From NCBI RefSeq assembly GCF_001194135.2, contig NC_069001.1, forward strand, positions 20,809,748-20,860,985: a stretch of 51,238 nucleotides of DNA, read 5' to 3'. This DNA is from Octopus bimaculoides (taxonomy: Eukaryota). Shown here piece after piece: positions 24,469 through 35,903 of the stretch (positions are counted from its first letter, which is position 1; the number at the start of each line of letters is the position of its first letter). The notes beneath the pieces are model-generated. The model did no database searches and was not told the origin of the DNA. It worked only from the letters and a program-made list of their open reading frames with translations. The position numbers and the translations under genes were made by a program.

Positions 24469-24947
24469 AAGACAATTAAAAATGTGTTATGAGTGTTATT
24501 GGATAAAATCCTATATAAACCCAACTAAGAGTTAAAAAGTGGTAAAGAGAAGATGTTACAAAAGTTTTTATAATTTGTTAACCCATACTGACATGTAAGA
24601 GAATCTGGAAAAATTTAAATCAATTATAGCAATAATTAAAATAATAATTAAATTGAATTAATCTAATTAGCTATTACCATTCTCTTCTGTGGAAAAATTA
24701 ATAAAATATCAAAGCAGGTATTAACAAAACAATATTACAATAAGATTACAGAGAGCTTGTGTCGGATAAAGTTGTTTGGATATTCATAACAAGAATGTGA
24801 AATAGGGAAAAATAGTTATAGGAACATGTTAATGTAGTGTTGAGTCTATCTGTGTAAGAACTAGAATTGTTTAACTGATGGATATTGTTAAATATAAGTA
24901 GGAAAGAACGGTGACAAAAAAAATATTACAAAAATTGCACACGTGCA

Positions 24948-25210
24948 TCTTTTTAAAAGCAGAAAAATTTGTCAGCAACCAGCCATGAGGATCGAACTCA
25001 CATCCCTCCAATATCCGGTTGGAATACTTTACCATTTAAGCTAAATCGCCTGACTGCCAAACTCTATAACTTCTTAAATTGTAGAAAAGTTTGGTGGTCA
25101 GGCGGTTTAGCTTAAATGGTAAAGCATTCCAACCGAATATTGGAGGGATATGAGTTGAATTCTCATGGCTGGCTGCCGACTAATTTTTCTGCTTTAAAAA
25201 AAAAAAAAAG
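24948..25210. repeat. Inverted repeat of two divergent tRNA-like sequences
   Basis: Arms 24948-25063 and 25088-25210, about a dozen mismatches by eye, 24-nt spacer. Each arm folds D, anticodon and T stems and ends in TTTTT. Confidence 0.85.
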
Positions 25211-25439
25211 GATTTTATCCTTTATATATATATTGTTTAGTATCTACGCGTTGAATAAATTTTATTTTTGTAGAAAAATAAATTGTTCTACAATACATTT
25301 CAACACTACACAACCTGTGAGATTGTTGGAGTGGTTGCAAGTACTGATTGAACTGAGATCTTCTGTGCTCACACAGTGGGTAGTATAGATGTGATTTCAC
25401 TCTACCCATTTATAGACATAGATTTTGCTGCAGTGAAAT

Positions 25440-26010
25440 GCATTCAGGTAATCTGTGCGAGTGAAGTGGAGTTCTGTAAGGTGAACACAAGGGAACTGGG
25501 TCTCCTCCTTCGACTGACAATGACTATTTAGATGACCATGACCTCAGTAGATTCTGCCCTACCAAGTCACAGAGGAGAAGACCACCTACCATCACTTCAG
25601 CAGTGAAGAAAAGCACCACAGAATGCTGGAGTGGCTGGACTGCACCCACCCAAAACCCTGAGAACAACAATCAGGTGAAAGAAATGATTGCACATGCAAC
25701 AGGGGTTAGTGTAAGAACCACATAGTACAGTTTAACAGGAAACTATACATGCAGGTTCAAGGTGCAGCCATTGGTGTCAGTATAGCTGGAGATGTGGCCA
25801 GCCTCTTCATGACCTGGTGGGACAGTAAATTTAAGCAGATATTAGCAGAACAGTCCACAACTCTTCTACTCTACAATAGGTATGTAGATGACATTAATAT
25901 CATAGTTAGGATCAACTCTAGTGATGGTAGTGTAGAAACTGAGAGGAACATAATGGAGAGCATCTAGCAAGTTGCTAACTCCATCCACCAAAGTATCAAG
26001 GTAACTATAG
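25440..26010 (+). mobile_element. Penelope-like reverse transcriptase fragment
   Basis: YSFNRKLYMQVQGAAIGVSIAGDVASLFMTWWD...LLLYNRYVDDINIIV are PLE-type RT motifs. Preceded by RFCPTKSQRRRPPTITS. Truncated by the RTE copy at 26021. Confidence 0.78.
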
Positions 26011-26020
26011 ATTACCATCA

Positions 26021-27695
26021 GGAATCACCGCTAAGATCTGGTGGTGTTGGCTATGGCTTAGTCACACGTATTGTAAACTAGGGAGTTCATGATGGGCGAT
26101 GTGGAAACTGGGGATTGACAAATGGTTAATAAGGGCTGTACAGTCCCTATACAGAGATGCTGTTAGTAGGGTTAGGATTGGCAATGAGTTTAGTGAAGAA
26201 TTTCAGGTAAAAGTAGGGGTCCACCAAGGATCAGCTCTCAGCCCCCTCTTATTCATCATAGTCCTCCAGGCAATAACAGAGGAATTCAAGACAGGTTGCT
26301 CCTAGGAGTTCCTCTATGCTGATGACCTAGCCCTCATAGCAGAATCACTACCAGAACTAGAGAAGAAATTTCAAGTGTGGAAGCAAGGTTTAGAATTGAA
26401 AGGCCTTAGAGTCAATGTTACAAAGACCAAAGTTCTATAGTAAGTAGGAAAGTGAATACATCACACACCCCTTCAGGTAAGTGGGCCTGCTTGATCTGTA
26501 GAAAAGGTGTAGGTAGAAACTCCATAAGATGTACCCAGTGTAAGCTATGGACATATAAGAGGTGCAGCAACATCAAAGGAAGATTAACTGGGAAGATAGC
26601 TTTCGTGTGTGGCAAATGCACAGGGACAATAAGCACAACAGATGCTCAGAAAACAGATTCCATCACATGCCAGAGGGAGAAACTAGAAGTAGTTGATAGC
26701 TTCCACTACCTAGGTAACCAAGTCTGTAGTGGGGGTGGATGCTCAGAGAGTGTTACCACTAGAATAAGAATAACCTGGGCAAAGTTCATGACAAAGTGCC
26801 TCTCACTCAGAGTGAACGGTAGATTGTATGATGCAGGTGTGTGAACTGCCTTGTTTCACGGCAGTGAAACATGGGCCGTGGCTGCTGAAGACATGCGTAA
26901 GCTTGAAAGAAATGAAGCTAGCATGATCTGCTGGATGTGTAATGTCAGTGTGCACACACAACAGAGTGTAAGCACCCTGAGGGAAATGTTAGACATAAGA
27001 AGCATCGGATGTGGTGTGCAAGAGAGAGGTTTGCGTTGGTATGGTCATGTACTGTGGATAGACGAGGAGAGCTGTGTGAAGAAGTGCCACTCCCAAAGAG
27101 GGGAAGGAATCCGAGGTAGAGGGAGACCCAGGAAGACATGGGATGAGGTGGTGAAGCATGACCTTTGAATGTTGGGCCTCACAGAGGCAATGACAAAGGA
27201 TCAAGACCTGGAGGTATGCTGTGACTGAGAAGACCCAGCAAATAAAGTGAGTTCACAGCTGTAACCTACACCGGTGTCGCATAACCAGCCCACCCAAAAG
27301 TACCTTGGTGACATGCCATGCTTGAGGAGTCTGTCAACTTCAATATCAAAATAAATCAAATTACAATCAAATGGAAATTGTAGTTGTGGCCCCTTGCTGG
27401 TGGCACATAAAAAGAACCATCCGAAGGTGGCCGTTCCCAGTGCTGCCTTGACTGGCTTCTGTGCTGGTGGCATGTAAAATGTGCCAATGCCAACTTCTCT
27501 GGCCCCTGTGCCGGTGGCATATAAAAAGCACCCACTACACTCTCGGAGTGGTTGGCGTTAGGAAGGGCATCTAGCTGTAGAAACACTGCGAGATCAGACT
27601 GGAGCCTGGTGCAGCCTCCTGGCATCCCAGACCCCAGTTAAGCCGTCCAACCCATGCCAGCATGGAAAACGGACATTATAAAATAATGATGACGA
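26021..27695 (+). mobile_element. RTE-clade LINE, internally deleted and decayed
   Basis: VKVGVHQGSALSPLLFIIVL, YADD, Cys cluster and GRGRPRKTWDEVVKHDL motifs, followed by 3' UTR and tail. Confidence 0.92.
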
Positions 27696-27793
27696 TATGT
27701 ATTGATATATATATCTATGTATAGATAGGTAGATAGATAGTCAGGCAGATAGATATATAGATAGATAGGTAAAGAGGGAGTGAGAGAGGAGGG

Positions 27794-27826
<33 letters not shown>

Positions 27827-27827
27827 C

Positions 27828-27858
<31 letters not shown>

Positions 27859-27901
27859 AGTTGAATNNNNNNNNNNTATATATATATATGTATATATATA
27901 C

Positions 27902-27930
<29 letters not shown>

Positions 27931-27932
<2 letters not shown>

Positions 27933-28031
27933 AGTTGAATAAAGTTAAAACATGGTCTGGTTTTCATGTTTTTTTATTATGATAGTAAAAAAACATGGAA
28001 CCCAGACCATGTTTTAACTTTATTCAACTGA
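27931..28031. mobile_element. 101-bp palindromic MITE-like element
   Basis: 50-bp arms pair at 47/50 positions around a single central G. TA on both flanks. Confidence 0.8.
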
Positions 28032-28108
28032 TATATTATTCTATACACATTCACACAAATTCGAGACAAAAAATATATATGATATATAATATAATATATG
28101 TATATATT

Positions 28109-28155
<47 letters not shown>

Positions 28156-28196
28156 NNNNNNNNNNATATATATATATACATACATATATATATATA

Positions 28197-28239
<43 letters not shown>

Positions 28240-28314
28240 ATATGGATGTATATATATACATATATATATATGTGTGTGTGTGTGTATGTATGTATATTAT
28301 ATACATATAATACA

Positions 28315-28363
<49 letters not shown>

Positions 28364-28486
28364 CAGAGATGTACTTGCATAGCAAGTGAGCTGATCTGAG
28401 ATCATGTACTGAAACAAAAACAATTGCAGTGTGGAAGGTGTTTATAAGCCATTTAAAAACACACTAAAACCATTAGATTCATTAGA

Positions 28487-30942
28487 AAAAATTTGCCAAT
28501 GCTCTGTACCATTTCCTGTATTTCGTGTTGTAAGAGAATCGTGATGTCGTAAGAGAGAGATGTGTCCGCATGGATGATGGTTCACTTGCACTAAACGAGG
28601 CTGCAAACAGAGAGGTTTGGAGACGCCACTATGAAAGGTTGCTCAATAAAGAAAATGAATGGGAGAAAGAGAGTCTGCTATCCGAGTTGACAGTACCATG
28701 GTAGATAAAGCAATTAAGAGTATGAAGACAGGGAAGGCCCCAGGCCCATAAGGAATCACTGCAGAGATGCGCAAAATATCTGGCAGTGTCGGCTATAGTC
28801 TAGTCACCTGTATTGTTAACCAGGTGATACACGAAGGAGTCATACCCAACGACTGGTGTAGCAGCACCATAGTCAACTGCTACAAAGGTAAAGGTGACGC
28901 TTTAGATACAAATAATTACAGAGGTATCAAGTTGTTGGATCAGGTAATGAAGGTCATGGAGAGGGTCATAGCCCAACTAATTAGGGAGAGAGTCAGTTTA
29001 GATGAGATGCAGTTTGGGTTCATGCCAGGGAAAAGCATCACTGATGCTATATTTCTGGTAAGACAGATGCAGGAGAAATACGTAGCCAAAGATAAACCTC
29101 TGTACCTGGCCTTTGTTGATTTGGAAAAAGCCTTTGGCAGGATCCCCTGATCCCTTATCGGTGGTCAATGGGGAATCTAGGGATAGATGAATGGTTAGTG
29201 AGAGCTGTGCGAGCCATGTACAGGGACGCTGTCAGTAAGGTGAGGGTTGGCAACGAGTACAGTATAGAATCCCAGGTAGAGGTAGGGGTCCACCAAGGTT
29301 CAGTCCTCAGCCCCCTCCTATTTATCATAGTCCTCCAAGCAATAACAGAGGAATTCAAGACAGGATGCTCCTGGGATCTCCTCTATGCCGATGACCTTGC
29401 TTTAATTACTGAGTCACTATCAGAACTAGAGAAGTTTCAGGTGAGGAAGCAAGGACTAGAATCGAAGGGCCTTAGAGTCAACCTAGCTAAAACCAAAGTC
29501 CTAATAAGTAGAAAGGCAGACAAACCACAAACCCCTTCAGGTAGATGGCCCTGCTCGACCTGTAGAAAAGGCATAGGTAGAAACTCTATAAGATGTACCC
29601 AGTGTAAGCTATGGACACATATAAGAGGTGCAGCAATATCAAAGGAAGGCTAACTGGGAACATAGTTTTTGTATGTGGCAGATGCCCAGGAGCAATAAAC
29701 ACTGCAAATATGCAGAGAACAACTTCTGTCACATTCCAGGGAGAAAAACTAGAAGTAGTTGCTAGCTTCCGTTACCTAGGTGACCAAGTTAGTAGCTGGT
29801 GTGGGTGCTGTGAAAGTGTAGCAGCTAGAATAAGAATAGCCTGGGCTATTCAGAGAGCCCCTACCTCTGCTGGTGACAAAGGGCCTCTCACTCAGAGTAA
29901 AAGGCAGATTGTATGACGCATGTGTACGAACAGCCATGCTACATAGCAGTGAAACATGGGCCATGACTGCTGAGGATATGCGTATGCTTGCAAGGAATGA
30001 AGCCAATATGCTCTGCTGTATGTGTAATGTCAGTGTGCATACTCGACAGAGGATAAGTGCCTTGAGAGAAAAGTTGGACCTAAGAAGCATCAGATGTGGT
30101 GTGCAAGAGAGACGACTGCGCTGGTATGGTTATGTCGCAACAATGGATGAGATAGCTGCGGGAAAAAGTGCCACACCCTAGCAGTTGAAGGAAACTGTGG
30201 AAGAGGTAGACCTTGGAAGACCTGGGATGAGGTGGTGAAGCACAACCTCTGAATATTAGGCCTCACCGAGGCAATATCTAGTGACTGAGACCTTTGGAAA
30301 TATGCTGTGCTGGATAAGACCCGGCAAGCCAAGTGAGACCATAACCTGTGGCCTATGACAGTGGTGTTACCAGCCCACTTAGGCGTACCTTTCTTTCATT
30401 GGACACTAAACTCTGCTTGTGAAGGCCTGTTGAGGCAATTAAAATCAAAATTAAATTCGATGACAGCACCGTATGACTGGCATTTGTGCTGGTGGAACAC
30501 TAAGAGCACCATCCGAGCATAATCGTTGCCAGGGCCGCTGACTGGCCCCCGTGCCGGTGGCATGTAAAAAGCACCATTTGAGTGTGATCATTACCAGTGT
30601 TGCCTTACTAGCACTCGTGCCAGTGGTACATGGAAGACAACATTCATGCGAGGGCGTTGCCATTGCCGCTGGACTGGTTCCTGTGCAGGTGACACGTAAA
30701 AACACCATTTGAGTGTGGCTGTTTGCCAGTACCATCTGACTGGCCCTCATGCCAGTGGCACATAAAAGCACCCACTACACTCGGAGTGGTTGGCATTAGG
30801 AAGGGCTTCCAGCTGTAGAAACTCTGCTACATCAGATTGGAGCCTGGTGCAGCCATCTGGCTCACCAGTCCCCACTCAAAACTGTCCAACCCATGCCAGC
30901 ATGGAAAGCGGACGTTAAACGATGATGATGATGATGATGGTG
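28487..30942 (+). mobile_element. RTE-clade LINE, longest copy (most of RT, 3' UTR, (GAT)n tail)
   Basis: NYRGIKLLDQVMKVMERV, QFGFMPGKSITDAIF, FVDLEKAF, HQGSVLSPLLF, YADD and YLGD motifs. Frameshifts present. Confidence 0.95.
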
Positions 30943-31353
30943 ATTTACATTATTTACATTTTGACTGATTTTGTCCTCATCTTTGTTGTTAACACAACGT
31001 TTCGGCTGATATACCCTCCAGCTTTCATCAGGTGTCTTGGGGAAATTTCAAACCTGGGTTCTCATTCCTAAAGTATTTTTCAATGTTGTTGTTATTATTA
31101 TTATTATTCAGGTCACTGCCTGGAATCGAACTCGGAATTTTGGGGTTAGTAGCCTGCACTCTTAACCACTATACCATATGCCCATGGGCAGTTATATAAT
31201 AATAACAACATCGAAAAATACCTTAGGAATGAGAACCCAGGTTCGAAACTTCCCTAAGGCACCTGATGAAGGCTGGAGGGTATATTAGCTGAAACATGTT
31301 AACAACAAACAAGATGAGGACAAAATCCTTAAAAATGTAAATAATGTAAATAA
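30943..31353. mobile_element. Fold-back PLE terminal module (minus hammerhead + tRNA-like head; inverted partial plus copy)
   Basis: 30943-31183 is the reverse complement of the 5409-5660 module. ~31196-31353 repeats its 3' part on the + strand. Confidence 0.85.
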
Positions 31354-31679
31354 TAATCTAGTTTTGTTTGTATTTTGTCATTTTTAAGGCTTTCTTCAAA
31401 GATACTCTCATGATTTGAAGTGTGAGGTAAACGATATACTCTGCACATTACCACATCAAGTTGTTTATATGTACTATGAGTGTGTCATAGATCAAGTTTG
31501 AATGGTACAATAGAACTATTGTATAGGGGCAACAGCTTCACTAATGTATATTGTAATTCCCCCATGACTTCTTTCTTTTCTGTCTGTATGAAAGACAGCA
31601 TGCAGTAGGTTTATCTCTGCATCATTTACGTTTGCAGACAGATATATTTTGCTTGAAAGCATGTAGAAAGATCTCTCAA

Positions 31680-31681
<2 letters not shown>

Positions 31682-31749
<68 letters not shown>
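31682..31749. repeat. (TA)n microsatellite
   Basis: Uninterrupted TA run. Confidence 0.95.
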
Positions 31750-31758
<9 letters not shown>

Positions 31759-32045
31759 CGTGTGCGTGTGTGTATATACACATTTATACATATATGTATG
31801 TGTGTGTGTATGTATTTATCTGTATATATAAATACATACACATAGGCAGTAGCATTCACACTGCCCCATGGAAGTCCTCCAAAATAGATGTGTCTGAGAC
31901 CCTTGTTACAGCCTCCTTCGTCTTCTCCTTCAGCTGGGGGAACAACCAGCTGTCACATGGAGCAAGATCTGGACTGTAGGAAAGGTGAAAGACAGTTTTG
32001 ATATTCGTCTCTGTCAAGTTATTAACAGGGTAGAATTGTGAAATA

Positions 32046-32572
32046 GTGCAGGTGCTCTGGCCCTCTGCAATGAAATCTCTCCCTAAACTACATCAAAACC
32101 TCCATAGGGTACTCTCTTTTGTCCATCTAACTAGAGGGAACACAGTGGATGTAGATGAAGCCCTTGTTGTTGAAAAAGGAGTTCATCATGAGCCTCCCAG
32201 TGAACTTGCTTTGTTTGGACTCTTGTGCCAGTGAAAAGCAGATGCTTGGCCCTTACAAGTTAATCCAGAAACAGTGTGGATCATTGAATAAGTTTCTGTA
32301 GCATTCTTGCCCAGTTTAATGCAAGACTTTATGGCATAGCAAACTTCCAAATTATTTTCATGTGTCAACTGCATTCTGCAAACTAGTCAACTGTGACAAG
32401 CACTATTTTAGTAGGGTGAGTTCAAAGTGATGTCACAGCCATTTCCTTCAATCTGAAATAACAAAAGTTGGCAGGTCAGCTTATTGGAGCTATTGTAATT
32501 ACAGTAATTTAGGGCAGTTGCAACTGCCTCTCCTAAAAAAAGTCCAGAAACTTCCGGAATGCACCTTGTGTG
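32046..32572 (-). mobile_element. mariner-family remnant
   Basis: YAIKSCIKLGKNATETYSMIHTV...AFHWHK N-terminus, fused by deletion to a decayed catalytic-region segment. TIR-like reverse-strand acaaggtgcattccggaagtttctggac ends near 32572. Confidence 0.7.
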
Positions 32573-32867
32573 AGAGAGAGAGAGAGAGTGTGTGTGTGTG
32601 TATCAATTTAGTTTGGGTATTAACCTTGTAGTTTACTTTAGAAAGCCTGTCTATGACTATTAGCTATCAGACACCATTTTACAGCAAAAAACCAATTGTA
32701 TTACTGAAAATACACCTAGAAATTTGTGAATATCCATGAAGTATATATAAAAATATTAACAAATGGGAATGGATTGAGCCACAGTACTATTGCATAATAC
32801 AATTGTTTCATTATCACTTTACCAGAAGCCCTTCAAAGGCTGATCAAAGCCTTTCATATACATATAT

Positions 32868-33090
32868 CTATGTGTGTATGTGTTTGTCCACCACCACTGC
32901 CTGACAACTGGTGTTGGTGTGTTTATGTCCTCCTAACATAGCAGTTTGGCAATAGAGGCTGGTAGAATAATTACCAGACTTAACAAAAACTAAATACTGG
33001 GATCGACTCATTTGACTAAAAAAATTTTCAAGGCAGTGCCCCAGTATGGCCACAGTATAATGACTGAAGCAAGAAAAATATGAAAGATAA
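32868..33090 (+). mobile_element. tRNA-SINE family A, 3' half
   Basis: Colinear with 8735-8930. Confidence 0.8.
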
Positions 33091-33999
33091 AAGATTATCA
33101 TATAGTTAAAAAAGAATACAGTATATATAAATACACATAGGTTTATGTACACATTAACATACACCCTTATAACAATACTGTGGTAGAGATGTATATCTGT
33201 TTACAGAAGGTTACAAGAACAAAATATTCATTGTTAATACACCAATTAAATGGTTTGTGTTAAATATTTTTCCTGTATTCCTTGAAAGATTTTCTAAACC
33301 AGTGGTTACACCTAATAATCTCAGTGTGTCTGTTAATTAATTCATCCTTGGACAGGAAGATACACAAGGTTTCTTCTTAGCAAAGATTGCATAATCTGGA
33401 GTTTACATCATATGGAGTGGGGGCTACAGTAAAGAGAGAGGCTAGCCGGGACAGTAGAACTGGAAGTGTGGGTTGGTGGAGGTTGCAGACTGTGGGAGAG
33501 AGTGATAAATGGTTACAGATGAGGAATGAATGGCAAGGTGAATAATTATGAGGAATTATAAATATGGAAGAGATAAGAGTAGAGGACATCAGTAGAAATT
33601 GGGTAAAATTGAGAGGGTTATAGGGTGACCAATGATATATTTATTGGGGAAGGTAGGAGACAGGAGATGACTGACAGTGCAGAAAAAGTGTGGGGAGTAG
33701 TGGGTATGTGTGCAACAAGAGCAGTTAAAGAAAGAATTTTTTGAAGGCATCCTAGAGATAATGGGGTGTACATGGTGACTAGTGAAATAAAGAGAGAATG
33801 GAGGGAGGATAGCATCATAAAGATAGGGATGGGGGCAGAGGACAAAAACAGTGCAAGTATACTGAGTAGCAAGGCTGAGGAGAAGGGAGATTGGAAAGGA
33901 GACTGTGGAGAACAGTGGGTAAATTGCAGCAAGACTATCCCAACTGCCAGCACTCCTCTTCTTAGAATTTGTTCTTCCATACTTGCCAGAGAGAAAGCA

Positions 34000-35045
34000 G
34001 ATTTTTTCCAGCGTTGCATGGATCACATGGCTTCTCTTTTGTGAGGTTCAGCATCTTACGATCAACTTTCACCACTTCACTACATGCCTTTTTAGGTCTT
34101 CCTCTTCCACAGGCACCATCCACATTGAGCATCCAACATTGTCTTATGCAGATGTTGTCATCTGCACATCACATGCCCATACTAATGCAGTTGTCTCTAT
34201 TAGGTTATTTGCACTGCATCATTTGTGCATGTTGATATTAGACTTCCAGTGAAGCAAGCTCACTTTGTTTTTTTTTTCTAGCCTTCACAGATCCTCTGTA
34301 TTCAGGGCCTACATCTCACTATGTAGCATTACACTTCACACACATGCAACATACAATTTGTTATTCAGACTGAAGGAGAGGCTTTTTGGTGGTAGCAGAG
34401 GTTAGTAGTTCCATGAATTTTCTTCACCTCTTTCTTATCTTGCTAGTTATACTTTCAGAGCACCTACTCTTGCTACTGATTAGGTCACCTTGGTAACAAA
34501 AGCTTTCGACTGCTTCTAGGGAGCCTTCTGAACAAAGAGTCTATTTCCCAGGTACATTCCTCCTTAATGCTCTTGCATACCTGGAAACATACAAAGGCTG
34601 CTTTTGTCGTCTGCCTGTCCACAATCCCACTACACTTTTTATGCATCCACTTTTACATTAGGTACATTATATGAAATTTCTGTCCCTTTTCTATGTACTG
34701 AGCATGGCCATGTTCTTGACTGCATTAGAGCTTTGTTTTCTTTTTTACTTATCATTTACTTTAGTCTCAAGTTAGTTTACTTTAAGGCCTTTCAATACCT
34801 GGGTTTGCTTCCATACCTGGAATTTCATCTCTCATTCTTTCACAGATTCTGCTATTGAGAACAAAGTCATTAACCTACTGGAGTTCCCATGCACAACCAG
34901 TCTTTAGTTCTTTTTATAGCTTGGGGTCAATAATAAACAGGAAAGGGTTGAAGGTCAAGTCCCCTACCTGCACACTAAATTCATCACTACACTCATGCTG
35001 ACTGCATTTCTGTACAAATCTTGTATGGCATTAATCCATGAATTG
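34000..35045 (-). mobile_element. Old diverged RTE-clade LINE
   Basis: Reverse strand is colinear with the RT-to-3' end of the 28487 family (WINAIQDLYRNA.., CGRGRPKK..EVVKVD), with heavy decay. Confidence 0.75.
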
Positions 35046-35269
35046 TATAAAGGCTTACTTCTATGTGTGTGTGTGTGTGTACCTGAGTGAATTATATTAT
35101 TACATTCTGTGCTTTACTTGAAAAACTACAGAGCTATCTATAAATGTTGGGTTTGTTTCTATTCCTCATGGACAAAACATCTTTAACTTGAAAAACAAAT
35201 TTGTTTATAAAAGAAAATGACATCTGACTGAAGACAATGCTTCAGTGATGTGTGTTCATCTAATTCAAG

Positions 35270-35470
35270 CTAGCATGGAAAAGATAGGTTATGTGCCAGC
35301 TTGCTCTGCGGAAGCCATATTGTGGAACCAACTATCACTGCCGAAGAGAAACCCTGACGGTTGTTGACAAGTTCATGCACTTAGGCATCACACTCTCCAG
35401 ATCTGTGAATACTGATGAAGAAGTTGACACACACATTGTCAAGGGATGCTCAGCATTCAGTGTGAGAGCA
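35270..35470 (+). mobile_element. RTE/BovB-like LINE fragment
   Basis: LTVVDKFMHLGITLSRSVNTDEEVDTHIVKGCSAF resembles the YLGS..S...IDxEVxxRIxKASxAF region. Confidence 0.7.
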
Positions 35471-35903
35471 TTCCTCTCCCACACTGCCAGAAAATACTTC
35501 AGTTGTCATCAGTCCCTGACTGCAATCTCACATCAGATTAATTCTTGTATGTTTTTGATGTTATTTCTGTTACATGGCTGTTTGGCAATGATTCACTGAC
35601 ACATTACAATTGCTACTAGATAATGTTTTCTTCTTTGACTTTACTACTACTTTGACAGTGCTGGTTCTTCTGAACTCGCTAGCTGCTTATCTCTCCTCTC
35701 AGGTCAACTCAACTCCCCTCCCCTCTCTATCTCTTTGTCAAATATCCTGTGTCCTATCTCTTAGATACCACACGAAGCTTTTTTTCCTAATTGCTCTGTC
35801 CTTGAACGGCAACAATGTAACTTAGTCATTGTTTTGTGCTAATTTCTATCAATATAGACTTGATATCAATTAACTTTATTTCAATTTATTTTTCTTATTT
35901 TAG

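Noticed and set aside
27820-27940. Direct duplication flanking the 10-N gap
   Set aside because: Identical sequence on both sides of a placeholder gap indicates an unmerged contig overlap, not biology.
17571-28399. Long ORF-track entries rich in Y/I/C/V/X
   Set aside because: They are translations of (TA)/(TG) microsatellites and N-gaps.
31389-31426. 38-nt segment with acceptor and GAG|gtaaac donor
   Set aside because: Its only ATG is followed by a stop after one codon; no supporting evidence.
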